Numbered from the stretch's first letter, positions 21,625 through 30,074 are shown. The stretch: DNA of 64,000 bases from an uncultured Ignavibacteria bacterium (GCA_937870915.1 CALMZQ010000209.1:30709-94708); one strand, 5' to 3'. Notes: generated from the letters alone by a model not told the origin. Made by a program: numbers and translations.

Positions 21625-21634
21625 CGATGGGAAG

Positions 21635-21674
21635 AAATGACGAAATGACGGAATGACGAAATGACGGAATGACG
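21635..21674. repeat. octamer tandem array (RAATGACG)x5
   Basis: AAATGACG and GAATGACG units counted at 21635, 21643, 21651, 21659 and 21667. Confidence 0.95.
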
Positions 21675-21676
21675 TT

Positions 21677-21708
21677 CGTCATCCCGAGCGGAGTCGAGGG
21701 ACCTCGAC
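21677..21708 (+). repeat. REP-like hairpin repeat, family 'CGTCATCCCGAG..GAGGGAyC' (copy a)
   Basis: CGTCATCCCGAGCGGAGTCGAGGGACCTCGAC. Contains the GTCGAGG/CCTCGAC palindrome. Its CGTCAT pairs with the last ATGACG of the adjacent array (ATGACG-TT-CGTCAT). Confidence 0.85.
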
Positions 21709-21767
21709 CGCCCTCAATAAAGGTTCTGTATAGGTACATCCGAACTGTATTTGTCCGAGATTACATC

Positions 21768-23117
21768 ATGAGACTATCAATGATTGCAGTAGCCAGCTTG
21801 GTCAGCCTCGCAGCGGGGAATCTGGCCAGTGCGCAAGTCATCGAATATGACACAATTGCCCGGAGCGTTCTTGGCCCAGAATTGTGGAGAATTCCGGTTA
21901 GTGGTCAAATGACCATTAGCGAAGATGCATCGACGATATTACTGGCAGGGTACGCAGACACAACGTTTTACCTTGTTGATGCTACAAATGGTGACTACAG
22001 AGCTATTAGATCTGCACCTCCCTATGTAAATCGAGAAGGAGGAGTTCTGTATACGAAGACCTACTATTCAGCAGACGCCAACCTCACAACGCTATGGGTA
22101 ATGGTAGTTTCAGGCGCCGGGTCAAGCAGGCACTTCGTGATTGATCTCGACAAAGACTCACTATTGTACTCGTATAGTGTTGACGAGATACAAAGTGGGC
22201 AACCGATCATCTCTAAACTACAAGACCGCGTGCTCATTGGTAATCTGCTCTATAGAATGAGCACATTCGACCTGATTACGACATTCCAGAACGCCCCTTA
22301 CAACACCGGTTGGTTTGATGATTCAGGGAGGAAGCTATATCGTTCACGACCTTACGTCGTCGAAGAGATAGATCCAGTCTCAGGCAATGTTGAAAGGTCA
22401 TGGGAGGTAGAATCAGAAGTTAGTTATATCCGACGGCCAAGAAACTCGAAGTGGTTGTATGTTTTCATGTACTGCGTAACGGGCGTAGCCAGACAATGTG
22501 GAAATGTTCGTGGAATCAATCTGATCTCATCGCAAGAAGTTCTTCTTGAGGATTACTACGGTCAGAAGTATCGAATTGGAGATGCTCCACTGAAGTTGGG
22601 TGCAATGGCCGAAGTGGCCTATGGCAGCAGATTTGTTCGAGGCCTAGGTGGGCAGCCACTATGGTCGTTCGACGCTGCATCTCGTAAGACGCACCTCATT
22701 GTGAATCCTACTTTTGAGTTTATGGGTGACAAGGATGTCGAGCCATTTGTTGTAACCACAGACTTCGAGAAGTATTTGCACGGCCGTTTGACTAAAATGA
22801 AAGACTCGTCAATCACGCGTTGTAATCTTCTAGTTCCAAACACAGTATGGGTGAATACTTCAGACTCTAAACACGATTCTGAGAATCGTCTTGTTTTGGT
22901 AGACGATTACCTCGAAATCCACCTGCTTTTTGCTGAGACGTTCGTTGGACTGGAAGTCTACACAGCTGTCGGCCAACGTGTTACTCCTGGCAGGAGTTTC
23001 GATTCTCATTCAGTTCCACTGCGACTCGATGTGTCATCGTTGACCAATGGGATGTACTACGTCGTTGTGAATACAACGCAAGGAATGATAACGTCAAGGA
23101 TCGTAATTGCACGATAG
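21768..23117 (+). CDS. hypothetical secreted protein with T9SS C-terminal sorting domain
   Basis: ORF trimmed to the ATG at 21768, giving a signal peptide (MRLSMIAVASLVSLAAGNLASAQ). The C-terminus (..LEVYTAVGQRV..LDVSSLTNGMYYVVVNT..IVIAR) fits the Por secretion tail pattern. The body has no recognisable motif. Confidence 0.7.
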   Translation: MRLSMIAVASLVSLAAGNLASAQVIEYDTIARSVLGPELWRIPVSGQMTISEDASTILLAGYADTTFYLVDATNGDYRAIRSAPPYVNREGGVLYTKTYYSADANLTTLWVMVVSGAGSSRHFVIDLDKDSLLYSYSVDEIQSGQPIISKLQDRVLIGNLLYRMSTFDLITTFQNAPYNTGWFDDSGRKLYRSRPYVVEEIDPVSGNVERSWEVESEVSYIRRPRNSKWLYVFMYCVTGVARQCGNVRGINLISSQEVLLEDYYGQKYRIGDAPLKLGAMAEVAYGSRFVRGLGGQPLWSFDAASRKTHLIVNPTFEFMGDKDVEPFVVTTDFEKYLHGRLTKMKDSSITRCNLLVPNTVWVNTSDSKHDSENRLVLVDDYLEIHLLFAETFVGLEVYTAVGQRVTPGRSFDSHSVPLRLDVSSLTNGMYYVVVNTTQGMITSRIVIAR

Positions 23118-23126
23118 ATTCGTTGT

Positions 23127-23227
23127 ATCGTCATAACCGTCATAATTGTCATAACGTCATTTGGTTAGGTCCCTCGACTCCGCTCGGTATGACGAGTTCC
23201 CTCGTCGCTCCGCTCCTCGGGATGACG
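23127..23227. repeat. CGTCATAAY 8-9-nt array followed by two minus-orientation REP-like copies (b, c)
   Basis: Array at 23127-23161. Copy b (23168-23194) reverse-complements to CGTCATACCGAGCGGAGTCGAGGGACC, 26/27 identical to copy a. Copy c (23197-23227) reverse-complements to CGTCATCCCGAGGAGCGGAGCGACGAGGGAA. Confidence 0.9.
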
Positions 23228-23253
23228 CTACCTCCACTCTTAACAATAGGTGT

Positions 23254-23296
23254 AGAAACGCGAGCACCATCAATGATGGTGCTCGCGTTTCTTTGT
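23254..23296 (+). terminator. strong hairpin between convergent genes, likely intrinsic terminator
   Basis: AGAAACGCGAGCACCATC-AAT-GATGGTGCTCGCGTTTCT is a perfect 18-bp stem followed by a T-rich run (TTTCTTTGT). It lies between the hypothetical gene (+) and ftsK (-). Confidence 0.7.
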
Positions 23297-23316
23297 ACAC
23301 AGAACAACGGGGCCAG

Positions 23317-23394
23317 CGTCATCCCGAGAAGCGTAGCGACTCGGGATCTCTACGTAACAAGAACAGCGATCCCTCGACTACGCTCGAGATGACG
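23317..23394. repeat. convergent pair of REP-like copies (d plus-oriented, e minus-oriented)
   Basis: Copy d (23317-23348) is CGTCATCCCGAGAAGCGTAGCGACTCGGGATC, with an internal 8-bp stem ATCCCGAG/CTCGGGAT. Copy e (23368-23394) reverse-complements to CGTCATCTCGAGCGTAGTCGAGGGATC. Confidence 0.85.
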
Positions 23395-23458
23395 TCATAA
23401 TCGTCATAATTGTCACTACGTCATTCCGTCACTACGTCATTTCGTCACTACATCATTG
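23391..23458. repeat. 8-9-nt tandem array with CGTCAY core (CGTCATAAT, TGTCACTAC, GTCATTCC ...)
   Basis: About 8 units read by eye. The array ends 2 nt before the ftsK stop codon (23461-23463). Confidence 0.9.
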
Positions 23459-23460
23459 AC

Positions 23461-26292
23461 TTAAAGATAGGCTTCCAGCTCTGACTCGCTCTGCAGCAGC
23501 ACAGGACGACCACGCGAACCGTCCGGTGGGCCTACGATGCCGGCCATTTCTAGTTCATCAACGATACGAGCTGCGCGGGCGTAGCCCACCTTGAGTCGGC
23601 GTTGCAGGGTGGACGTACTGGCTTGCTGGAGTTGGATAAAGATGCGTGCAGCATCTTCGAACAGTGCATCGCGGTCACTCGAGCCCCCTCCCATACCTCC
23701 GCCGCGTTTGTTCACGGATGGCAACATGTACGGAGTTGAGTATCCCTTTTGACCGCCGATCCATTCGCATAATGCCTCAGTCTCCTCGGTGGAGATAAAT
23801 GCGTTTTGCATACGAATGGGAATAGGTGTATTACCTGGTGCGAAGAGCATATCTCCGTTACCGATAAGGTGCTCAGCACCGGTACCGTCGAGGATAGTAC
23901 GTGAGTCGATGCGTGAGGAACACTGATAGGCGATACGAGCGGGGAAGTTTGCCTTGATGAGTCCGGTTACCACATCAACACTTGGACGTTGGGTTGCAAC
24001 GATACAGTGAATACCAACGGCACGAGCCAACTGTGCAAGCCTGCATATCGGTTCTTCAACTTCCTTGGAAGCGGTCATCATTAAGTCAGCCAACTCATCG
24101 ATGATCACAACGATGAATGGCATTGGACGATGGCGTATGCCTCCCTTATCCTTGATCTTCCCGTCGCGCACCTTCTGATTGTAATCGCTGATGTTGCGCT
24201 GTCCGGCAGCAGCAAGGATGCTGAACCGCTGCTGCATCTCTTCTACCAACGCCTTGAGTACCGTTACGGCATTCTGTGGTGAGGTAACGATGGTCTCATC
24301 GATATCAGGCGATATAGCGAGGAAGTGATCTCGCAACGCTGCATAGAGATTCATCTCTACACGCTTCGGATCGATGATCACAAACTTCAGATCACGCGGA
24401 TGCATGCGGTAGAGCAGCGACGCAATGATGGTATTGATACCAACAGATTTGCCCTTGCCCGTTGCACCGGCGATGAGAAGGTGTGGCATCTTGGTTAGAT
24501 CTGCACAGAACACTTCGCCAATCACCGTCTTGCCCATGGCTAGCGGGAGCTTGATGTCGGGGTTGTGATACTTCGGACTCTTAATGATCGAACTAAACCG
24601 CACGATCGAGGGATGTTGGTTGGGTATCTCAATTCCAACTGTACCCTTACCAGGGATCGGAGCAATGATCCGCACACCTTGTGCCTTGAGCGCCAAAGCA
24701 ATATCATCGGCTAATGACTCGATCTGCGAAACCTTGATGCCCGATGCCGGGACAAATTCATACTGCGTAACCACCGGACCCGGCGTTACGGTCAAATTCT
24801 CGATCCGCACACGAAACGTCTCAAGCTTCTCCTGCAACGTACGCGCATTAGCTTCGAGCTCTTTGTCATCAACCGCCGCTTCGTCCTTTACGTCTACAAG
24901 TAGTCCAATGGTAGGGGGCTTATAGGCTATCTCTTCATCGTACAACGTTGCGTTGGATAACTGCATCTCCGGCTCTACCGGGAACAACGTATCCTGCACC
25001 GTCACCAGCAGCGGACGTTTCACCACCGGCGCTACAGTTGCTTCGTCACTACCGTCACTACCGTCATTCCCGTCATTCCCGTCATTTTCGTCATTACCGT
25101 CATTACCGTCATTACCGTCATTACTGTCATTACTGTCATTTTCCTCAAACAGACCGATATCCTTCTTCGGGTGCAACTCTTGCAAACGCTTGTGGAGGTC
25201 TGTAAGGTCAACACTTGGAGGGTCTTCATTCACCGGAGCTGGTGCTGAAGGTGCCTCACGAGGGACGTCGTTCCGGGTTGGGCGGAGGATTTTCACCGAG
25301 CTCGAAAGTTGTTTTCCTTCGGCAGGGATCGACGATTCAGGACGCACAGCCTCTTGTTTTGGTCGAGGCAGCATAGTTGCCGGTTCTTCATCCACATCAT
25401 CAACATCCAACACCGGACGTTGTATCCTGCTGCGGATCGGCGGCACGCTATTCGGCTTGATGTCTACGTCACTTCCGTCACTCCCGTCACTTTCGTCATT
25501 GTCGTTATTGTCATAACCGTCATGGTTGTCATAACCGTCATGATTGTCACTACCGTCATAACTGTCATTTTTTTGGTTTCTTTTCCACTCGATCTTCTCA
25601 AGGAGCCCCTTTGTTTTAATTCCTAGTGCAGAGAGATCGATCTCAAATCCGATAACGGAGACAAAACCAAGAGCGACGAGCCAGACGATGGCGCTCCCAA
25701 CACGGCCGATGAACTGTGTGGTAACGGCTGCAAGAAATTGGCCAATGGCTCCGCAGGACTCTCTAGGGAGCCAGTTGGTGAATTCCACCAGCTGCATGGT
25801 ACCAAGGAAGGCGCTCAGGGTGACGATGACGCTGAAGGTTGCGATGGATCGTCGTGTGAGCAGGGGAGTGATACGTTGGAAGCGGAACAGATCCCAAGCC
25901 CAGAAGAGCATCAGAATGGGAATGGCGATGGACCAGATGCCCACAGTTGAGGTGTACATCCAATGCGCAACAACGGCTCCCAAGAGGCCGAGCCAGTTAT
26001 ACGTGGTCTCGAACCGCACGCGGAGGGCATCGTCGCCACGGATCACACCCATCATATCGCGCATCGTAAGCTGGGCGTTGGCTTCATCTCGCTGGGTATA
26101 CGAGACAAGGGCGATCAGCATGAGGATGGATAGCAGTGCAACGAGCACCGAAACGATCTTGAAACGTCGGATACGGTCGTGCTCGTCCTGCAACGTGCGT
26201 TGTTGCGGACGGGACGCCTCCTCAGGCGCTGGCGAACCTGCGTCGGTCGTGTTCCGACGACGCAGGGGAATATTGTCAGGACGTGGTGCCAT
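23461..26292 (-). CDS. ftsK: DNA translocase FtsK
   Basis: 943 aa. N-terminal TM segments and a long low-complexity linker. Motor domain with Walker A GATGKGKSV and Walker B VVIIDELADL. Gamma winged-helix domain (LQRRLKVGYARAARIVDELE). Confidence 0.95.
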   Translation of the reverse strand: MAPRPDNIPLRRRNTTDAGSPAPEEASRPQQRTLQDEHDRIRRFKIVSVLVALLSILMLIALVSYTQRDEANAQLTMRDMMGVIRGDDALRVRFETTYNWLGLLGAVVAHWMYTSTVGIWSIAIPILMLFWAWDLFRFQRITPLLTRRSIATFSVIVTLSAFLGTMQLVEFTNWLPRESCGAIGQFLAAVTTQFIGRVGSAIVWLVALGFVSVIGFEIDLSALGIKTKGLLEKIEWKRNQKNDSYDGSDNHDGYDNHDGYDNNDNDESDGSDGSDVDIKPNSVPPIRSRIQRPVLDVDDVDEEPATMLPRPKQEAVRPESSIPAEGKQLSSSVKILRPTRNDVPREAPSAPAPVNEDPPSVDLTDLHKRLQELHPKKDIGLFEENDSNDSNDGNDGNDGNDENDGNDGNDGSDGSDEATVAPVVKRPLLVTVQDTLFPVEPEMQLSNATLYDEEIAYKPPTIGLLVDVKDEAAVDDKELEANARTLQEKLETFRVRIENLTVTPGPVVTQYEFVPASGIKVSQIESLADDIALALKAQGVRIIAPIPGKGTVGIEIPNQHPSIVRFSSIIKSPKYHNPDIKLPLAMGKTVIGEVFCADLTKMPHLLIAGATGKGKSVGINTIIASLLYRMHPRDLKFVIIDPKRVEMNLYAALRDHFLAISPDIDETIVTSPQNAVTVLKALVEEMQQRFSILAAAGQRNISDYNQKVRDGKIKDKGGIRHRPMPFIVVIIDELADLMMTASKEVEEPICRLAQLARAVGIHCIVATQRPSVDVVTGLIKANFPARIAYQCSSRIDSRTILDGTGAEHLIGNGDMLFAPGNTPIPIRMQNAFISTEETEALCEWIGGQKGYSTPYMLPSVNKRGGGMGGGSSDRDALFEDAARIFIQLQQASTSTLQRRLKVGYARAARIVDELEMAGIVGPPDGSRGRPVLLQSESELEAYL
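25044..25142. repeat. in-frame 9-nt tandem array inside the ftsK linker (CGTCAYTAC-type x11)
   Basis: Eleven 9-mers counted. They encode NDSNDSNDGNDGNDGNDENDGNDGNDGSDGSD on the minus strand. Confidence 0.95.
25467..25568. repeat. second in-frame 9-nt (partly 18-nt) tandem array inside the ftsK linker
   Basis: Units are CGTCACTTC, CGTCACTCC, CGTCACTTT .. CATAACCGT/CATGGTTGT. They encode ..DSYDGSDNHDGYDNHDGYDNNDNDESDGSDGSD. Confidence 0.9.
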
Positions 26293-26338
26293 AACCTCTT
26301 TGCTGCTGGGCTCAATTTAATGGATAATTTCGACGCCT

Positions 26339-27118
26339 ATGCAGAACCCAGCGAATCGCCCCATCATCATTGCCGGACCATGCCTCGTGGAATCACGAGA
26401 TATCGTCTTTGAGGTTGCTGAACATCTTGCCACCGTTTGCCGAGATCTACCGGTGGATCTAATCCTAAAGGGATCGTATCGAAAGGCGAACCGAACAAGT
26501 GCCGGAGCCTTCCAGGGTATTGGTGACGAAGATGCCCTGACGTACCTTCGAGAGGCGGGCACAGCAATTGGCGTGCCCGTACTAACGGACATTCATTCCG
26601 ATGAAGAAGCATCAATGGCTGCGGCCTATGTTGATGTGCTGCAGATCCCGGCATTCCTGAGTCGACAAACGTCATTACTCGAAGCTGCAGCTCGCACGGG
26701 AAGGATTGTCAACATCAAGAAGGCCCAATTCATGGCGCCGGATGATATGGCCAAGGCCGCTGCCAAGGTAACCGCAGCGGGGAATTCCAAGGTCTGGCTA
26801 ACGGAACGAGGAACGAGTTTTGGGTATCACGACCTAGTAGTTGACTTCCGATCATTGGTCATAATGGCCACTACGGGCTTTCCGGTGATCTTTGACGCAA
26901 CGCATAGTGTACAGCAGCCGTCTCTGGGTGCCTCGTCTGGAGGCCGCCGAGAGTTCATTCCGGCCTTGGCCCGAGCAGCCGCTGCCGTGGGGATCGACGG
27001 GTTGTTTTTTGAGACACATCCCGATCCTGCCAATGCCAAGAGTGATTCTGCAACCCAACTACCGCTTCAAGAATCGGGCGATTTTCTCAAGATGGTACTC
27101 GATCATTGGCACAGATGA
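26339..27118 (+). CDS. kdsA: 3-deoxy-8-phosphooctulonate (KDO8P) synthase
   Basis: 259 aa. IIAGPCLVES.., ..KGSYRKANRTS.., ..FDATHSVQ.. are typical of KdsA. Confidence 0.9.
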   Translation: MQNPANRPIIIAGPCLVESRDIVFEVAEHLATVCRDLPVDLILKGSYRKANRTSAGAFQGIGDEDALTYLREAGTAIGVPVLTDIHSDEEASMAAAYVDVLQIPAFLSRQTSLLEAAARTGRIVNIKKAQFMAPDDMAKAAAKVTAAGNSKVWLTERGTSFGYHDLVVDFRSLVIMATTGFPVIFDATHSVQQPSLGASSGGRREFIPALARAAAAVGIDGLFFETHPDPANAKSDSATQLPLQESGDFLKMVLDHWHR

Positions 27119-27648
27119 ACTACTTCTTCATCATCCTTCTCGTCTCGCTTCTTGTTACGTCTTGTCAGGAGAGATCTTCATCCACACGCCTCAAGGACGA
27201 CCCATTTCTCACAGCGCCTGCCCACCTATCGTATAACGTTGAGGTGCTTTTCACAGACTCGGCTTACACGAAGGCCATTTTGCGAGCAGGGGAAGGAAGG
27301 ATCTTTGAGGACAGACAGCAGACCACGTTGGGAAAAAGTGTGAAGGTTGATTTCTTCTCACGTACCGGGAAAGCCCCCTCTGCCAAACTGACGTCGGACT
27401 CCGCATTTGTTGATGACCATTCTAAGAATATGACGGCAATTGGAAACGTGCGGATCCACTCAGATTCAAGTAGGACAACGCTTACTACATCGCGACTCTT
27501 GTGGGTAAACTCTACACAGCGCATTCGTTCTGACGAATACGTTCGTATTGTTACTCCAACAGAAACGATTGAGGGAATAGGATTCGAGTCTGATCAATAT
27601 CTCACGTCGTACAGGATCTTTCAGGTTAAAGGAGTTCATCGTCCATGA
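27106..27648 (+). CDS. lptC: LptC-like LPS export lipoprotein
   Basis: 180 aa. Lipobox LLVTSC and OstA/LptC-like beta-jellyroll pattern. Positioned directly after kdsA with a 13-nt overlap. Confidence 0.55.
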   Translation: MAQMNYFFIILLVSLLVTSCQERSSSTRLKDDPFLTAPAHLSYNVEVLFTDSAYTKAILRAGEGRIFEDRQQTTLGKSVKVDFFSRTGKAPSAKLTSDSAFVDDHSKNMTAIGNVRIHSDSSRTTLTTSRLLWVNSTQRIRSDEYVRIVTPTETIEGIGFESDQYLTSYRIFQVKGVHRP

Positions 27649-28412
27649 GAACACGCATCATTGCCGGCAATTGGAAGATGAACACAACGCCTGATGAGGC
27701 ATCAGCGCTTGTTGCTGAGATTGTCTCGTCATCAACCGTGCAGCAAGCCCCGTTATCAGTGCGAATTGTTGTGTGTCCACCATATCTCTCTCTCAGCAGC
27801 GCGATACAATCATCTGTCGGTTCGCATGTTGTTATTGGTGCTCAAAACTGTCATCATGAGGAGAAAGGGGCATATACAGGCGAGGTAAGCCCCGTGGTTT
27901 TGCATGGCATGGGAGTGAAGTACGTGATCGTAGGTCATTCAGAACGCAGGCGTGATCAATTCGAAAACAATGAACTCGTTGGTCGTAAGGCTGCACGTGC
28001 TCTTGCTTGTGGACTAACACCCATCATCTGCGTTGGAGAAACACTTGACGAGCGAGAAGATGATATCACGACAGATGTGATTGGTACGCAGATCAGATTG
28101 ATTACGTCCGCTGCCGGTGAAGATGTCATCAAGGGAAGCGTCATAGCCTATGAACCAGTGTGGGCCATTGGTACCGGAAGAGCAGCAACGCCCATACAAG
28201 CGCAGGATGTACACGCGTTCATTCGTAGCGAGCTCCACATCTTTGGAGCGCAGGACGTCCCAATTCTCTACGGGGGAAGTGTTACAGATGAAAATGCGTC
28301 TACCTTGTTCACGTGTAGAGACATTGACGGCGCACTCGTTGGTGGTGCCTCACTCAAAGCATCATCATTCTGCGCGATCATTGAAGCAGCAAGTGGAGTG
28401 CACGGACGATGA
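27645..28412 (+). CDS. tpiA: triose-phosphate isomerase
   Basis: 255 aa. IIAGNWKMN, VGHSERR, and AYEPVWAIGTG. Confidence 0.96.
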   Translation: MRTRIIAGNWKMNTTPDEASALVAEIVSSSTVQQAPLSVRIVVCPPYLSLSSAIQSSVGSHVVIGAQNCHHEEKGAYTGEVSPVVLHGMGVKYVIVGHSERRRDQFENNELVGRKAARALACGLTPIICVGETLDEREDDITTDVIGTQIRLITSAAGEDVIKGSVIAYEPVWAIGTGRAATPIQAQDVHAFIRSELHIFGAQDVPILYGGSVTDENASTLFTCRDIDGALVGGASLKASSFCAIIEAASGVHGR

Positions 28413-28993
28413 AGTTCACGCTCGCGAACATCATAACGCTATCGCGGTTGTTCATTGCCCCGATCTTTCTCGTTTGTATCCTCTCTGACTCACCAACAAC
28501 GGTCACAGCTGCCATTGTACTTTTTGTGATCGGTGCTGCTACGGATTGGCTCGACGGATTTTTGGCCCGCCGGTATGGAGAGGTTACAGACCATGGCATC
28601 TTCCTTGATCCACTTGCGGACAAGGTGTTGACCACCTCAGCCTTTGTTGCGTTGTTTCTCATCGATGTGATGCCATTGTGGATGGTGATCGTTATCGTGG
28701 TGCGAGATTTTGGGACCACCGCAATGCGAAGTATTGCCGATGACCGTGGAACAACAATGCAAACGTCCTATGTAGCTAAGGTCAAAACCTTCCTTCAGAT
28801 GGGTTTTATCGTCTATGCACTTGTGTTGTATTGGTTGGTTGTTGCCGGACCAAACGACGCTACCCGCGTCACGGCACATACCACATTGTATTCCACGGCT
28901 ACCTATTATGCTGAGTTCGGAATCACAATTCTGACGATCTACACGGCCATTATGTACGTACTCACTAACAGAAACCTTTTCACCCGTGGCTGA
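28409..28993 (+). CDS. pgsA: CDP-diacylglycerol--glycerol-3-phosphate 3-phosphatidyltransferase
   Basis: 194 aa. CDP-alcohol phosphatidyltransferase motif DWLDGFLARRYG..DPLADKV. Confidence 0.88.
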   Translation: MKFTLANIITLSRLFIAPIFLVCILSDSPTTVTAAIVLFVIGAATDWLDGFLARRYGEVTDHGIFLDPLADKVLTTSAFVALFLIDVMPLWMVIVIVVRDFGTTAMRSIADDRGTTMQTSYVAKVKTFLQMGFIVYALVLYWLVVAGPNDATRVTAHTTLYSTATYYAEFGITILTIYTAIMYVLTNRNLFTRG

Positions 28994-29513
28994 ACGCATA
29001 CCAAGACCGAAGCTCTCCGGAGCAGCAGATTATATAGCAACGGCAGGGGGCATAGGTTTGCTCCCAATAATGCCGGGATCGTGGTGCAGTATCATTGTTG
29101 CGCTTCCGGCATTGTTTGTTGCTATGACTATTGAGACCACACAGATCGCCTATGGCATAGGACTTGTGGTCTTTACCATCCTCGGACTTTGGAGCGTTCC
29201 ACGCATCCAAGGCAAGTGGGGACACGATCCCAACGTGGTTGTTATCGACGAAGCAATGGGAATGTGTATCACCTTTATGTTCCCCGCAGCCAGTATGGGA
29301 TGGGTGATGTGGGCTTGCTCCGTCTTCCTTTTCCGACTCTTTGATGTGATGAAGCCATGGCCGATTAGCGTGATCAATAATCGCACGGAAGCATGGGCAG
29401 TACTCGGAGATGACGTACTGGCAGGGCTTTTCGCCGGTTTCGCTGTGCAGCTTGTTGCCACTGCACTCATGGTACTTGGGTTGGTAGAGGCCAAGATGTT
29501 TATGGGCTTTTAA
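28986..29513 (+). CDS. pgpA: phosphatidylglycerophosphatase A
   Basis: 175 aa with GTG start overlapping the pgsA stop. ..GIGLLPIMPGSWCS.., VVIDEAMGM, FRLFDVMKPWP are typical of PgpA. Confidence 0.85.
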   Translation: MAERIPRPKLSGAADYIATAGGIGLLPIMPGSWCSIIVALPALFVAMTIETTQIAYGIGLVVFTILGLWSVPRIQGKWGHDPNVVVIDEAMGMCITFMFPAASMGWVMWACSVFLFRLFDVMKPWPISVINNRTEAWAVLGDDVLAGLFAGFAVQLVATALMVLGLVEAKMFMGF

Positions 29514-29673
29514 CCCACTGAAGCGCCTATGAAATGGGAGGATTCGAGGGGACGGATCGCTCAAACCCCTATGAAATAGGTCGTTGTGGATAATTCGTCC
29601 TTGAAAACCCCTACAGATAGCCGATATCTTCGCTACGCAATTGGTTTTACCAAACACATTTTGTGGGGTTCTC

Positions 29674-30027
29674 ATGAACAAAGCAGAGCTGATCGAGGCT
29701 ATTGCTAACAATGCTGGTCTCAGCAAGTCGCAAGCTGATACTGCACTCAACGCATGTATCAACGCTATCAAGGGCGAACTTGGCAAGGGCGGCAGTGTTG
29801 CTCTTATCGGTTTCGGCTCGTTCAGCGTAGGCAAGCGCGCTGCTCGTACCGGTCGTAATCCATTCACCGGTGCAACGTTGAAGATCGCAGCCCGCAAGGT
29901 TGCGAAGTTCTCAGCAGGCTCAGATCTCAAGGCCGTTGTAAACGGTGAGAAGAAGGCCGGCGGAGCAAAGAAGGCAGCACCGAAGAAGGCAGCACCGAAG
30001 AAGGCAGCAGCAAAGAAGAAGAAGTAA
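29674..30027 (+). CDS. hup: HU-family DNA-binding protein with Lys/Ala/Pro-rich C-terminal tail
   Basis: ORF trimmed to MNKAELIEAIA.. . HU signature GFGSFSVGKRAARTGRNPFTG. Tail GEKKAGGAKKAAPKKAAPKKAAAKKKK. Confidence 0.93.
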   Translation: MNKAELIEAIANNAGLSKSQADTALNACINAIKGELGKGGSVALIGFGSFSVGKRAARTGRNPFTGATLKIAARKVAKFSAGSDLKAVVNGEKKAGGAKKAAPKKAAPKKAAAKKKK

Positions 30028-30044
30028 CTGACAACAGTTTCAGG

Positions 30045-30070
30045 GCCCGCCAATTGGCGGGCTTTTTTTT
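30045..30070 (+). terminator. rho-independent terminator after hup
   Basis: GCCCGCC-AATT-GGCGGGC stem-loop followed by T8. Confidence 0.85.
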
Positions 30071-30074
30071 GCGC

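Noticed and set aside
21677-23194. Calling the inverted-repeat-flanked segment a mobile element
   Set aside because: There is no transposase or recombinase and no recognisable target-site duplication, and the same repeat family occurs at other loci. It is reported only as a hypothesis in the findings.
23123-23400. Two overlapping 79-89-aa ORFs (..GPSTPLGMTSSLVAPLLGMT..)
   Set aside because: They translate the REP-like copies, the CGTCAT arrays and the terminator hairpin in the ftsK/hypothetical intergenic region. The same peptide motif appears in the false N-terminal extension of uvrA.
24948-25626. Plus-strand ORFs with HYRHYRH, SLPSLPS and VITVMVV repeats; minus-strand alternate-frame MTVMTVMT ORF
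   Set aside because: These are antisense or alternate-frame readings of the 9-nt arrays inside ftsK. The ftsK frame is continuous and carries all the motor motifs.
29526-29579. Direct repeat CCTATGAAAT(G/A)G x2 and a 16-codon ORF (MKWEDSRGRIAQTPMK) upstream of hup
   Set aside because: The repeat is short and could arise by chance. There is no supporting structure or conservation evidence for a leader peptide or operator.
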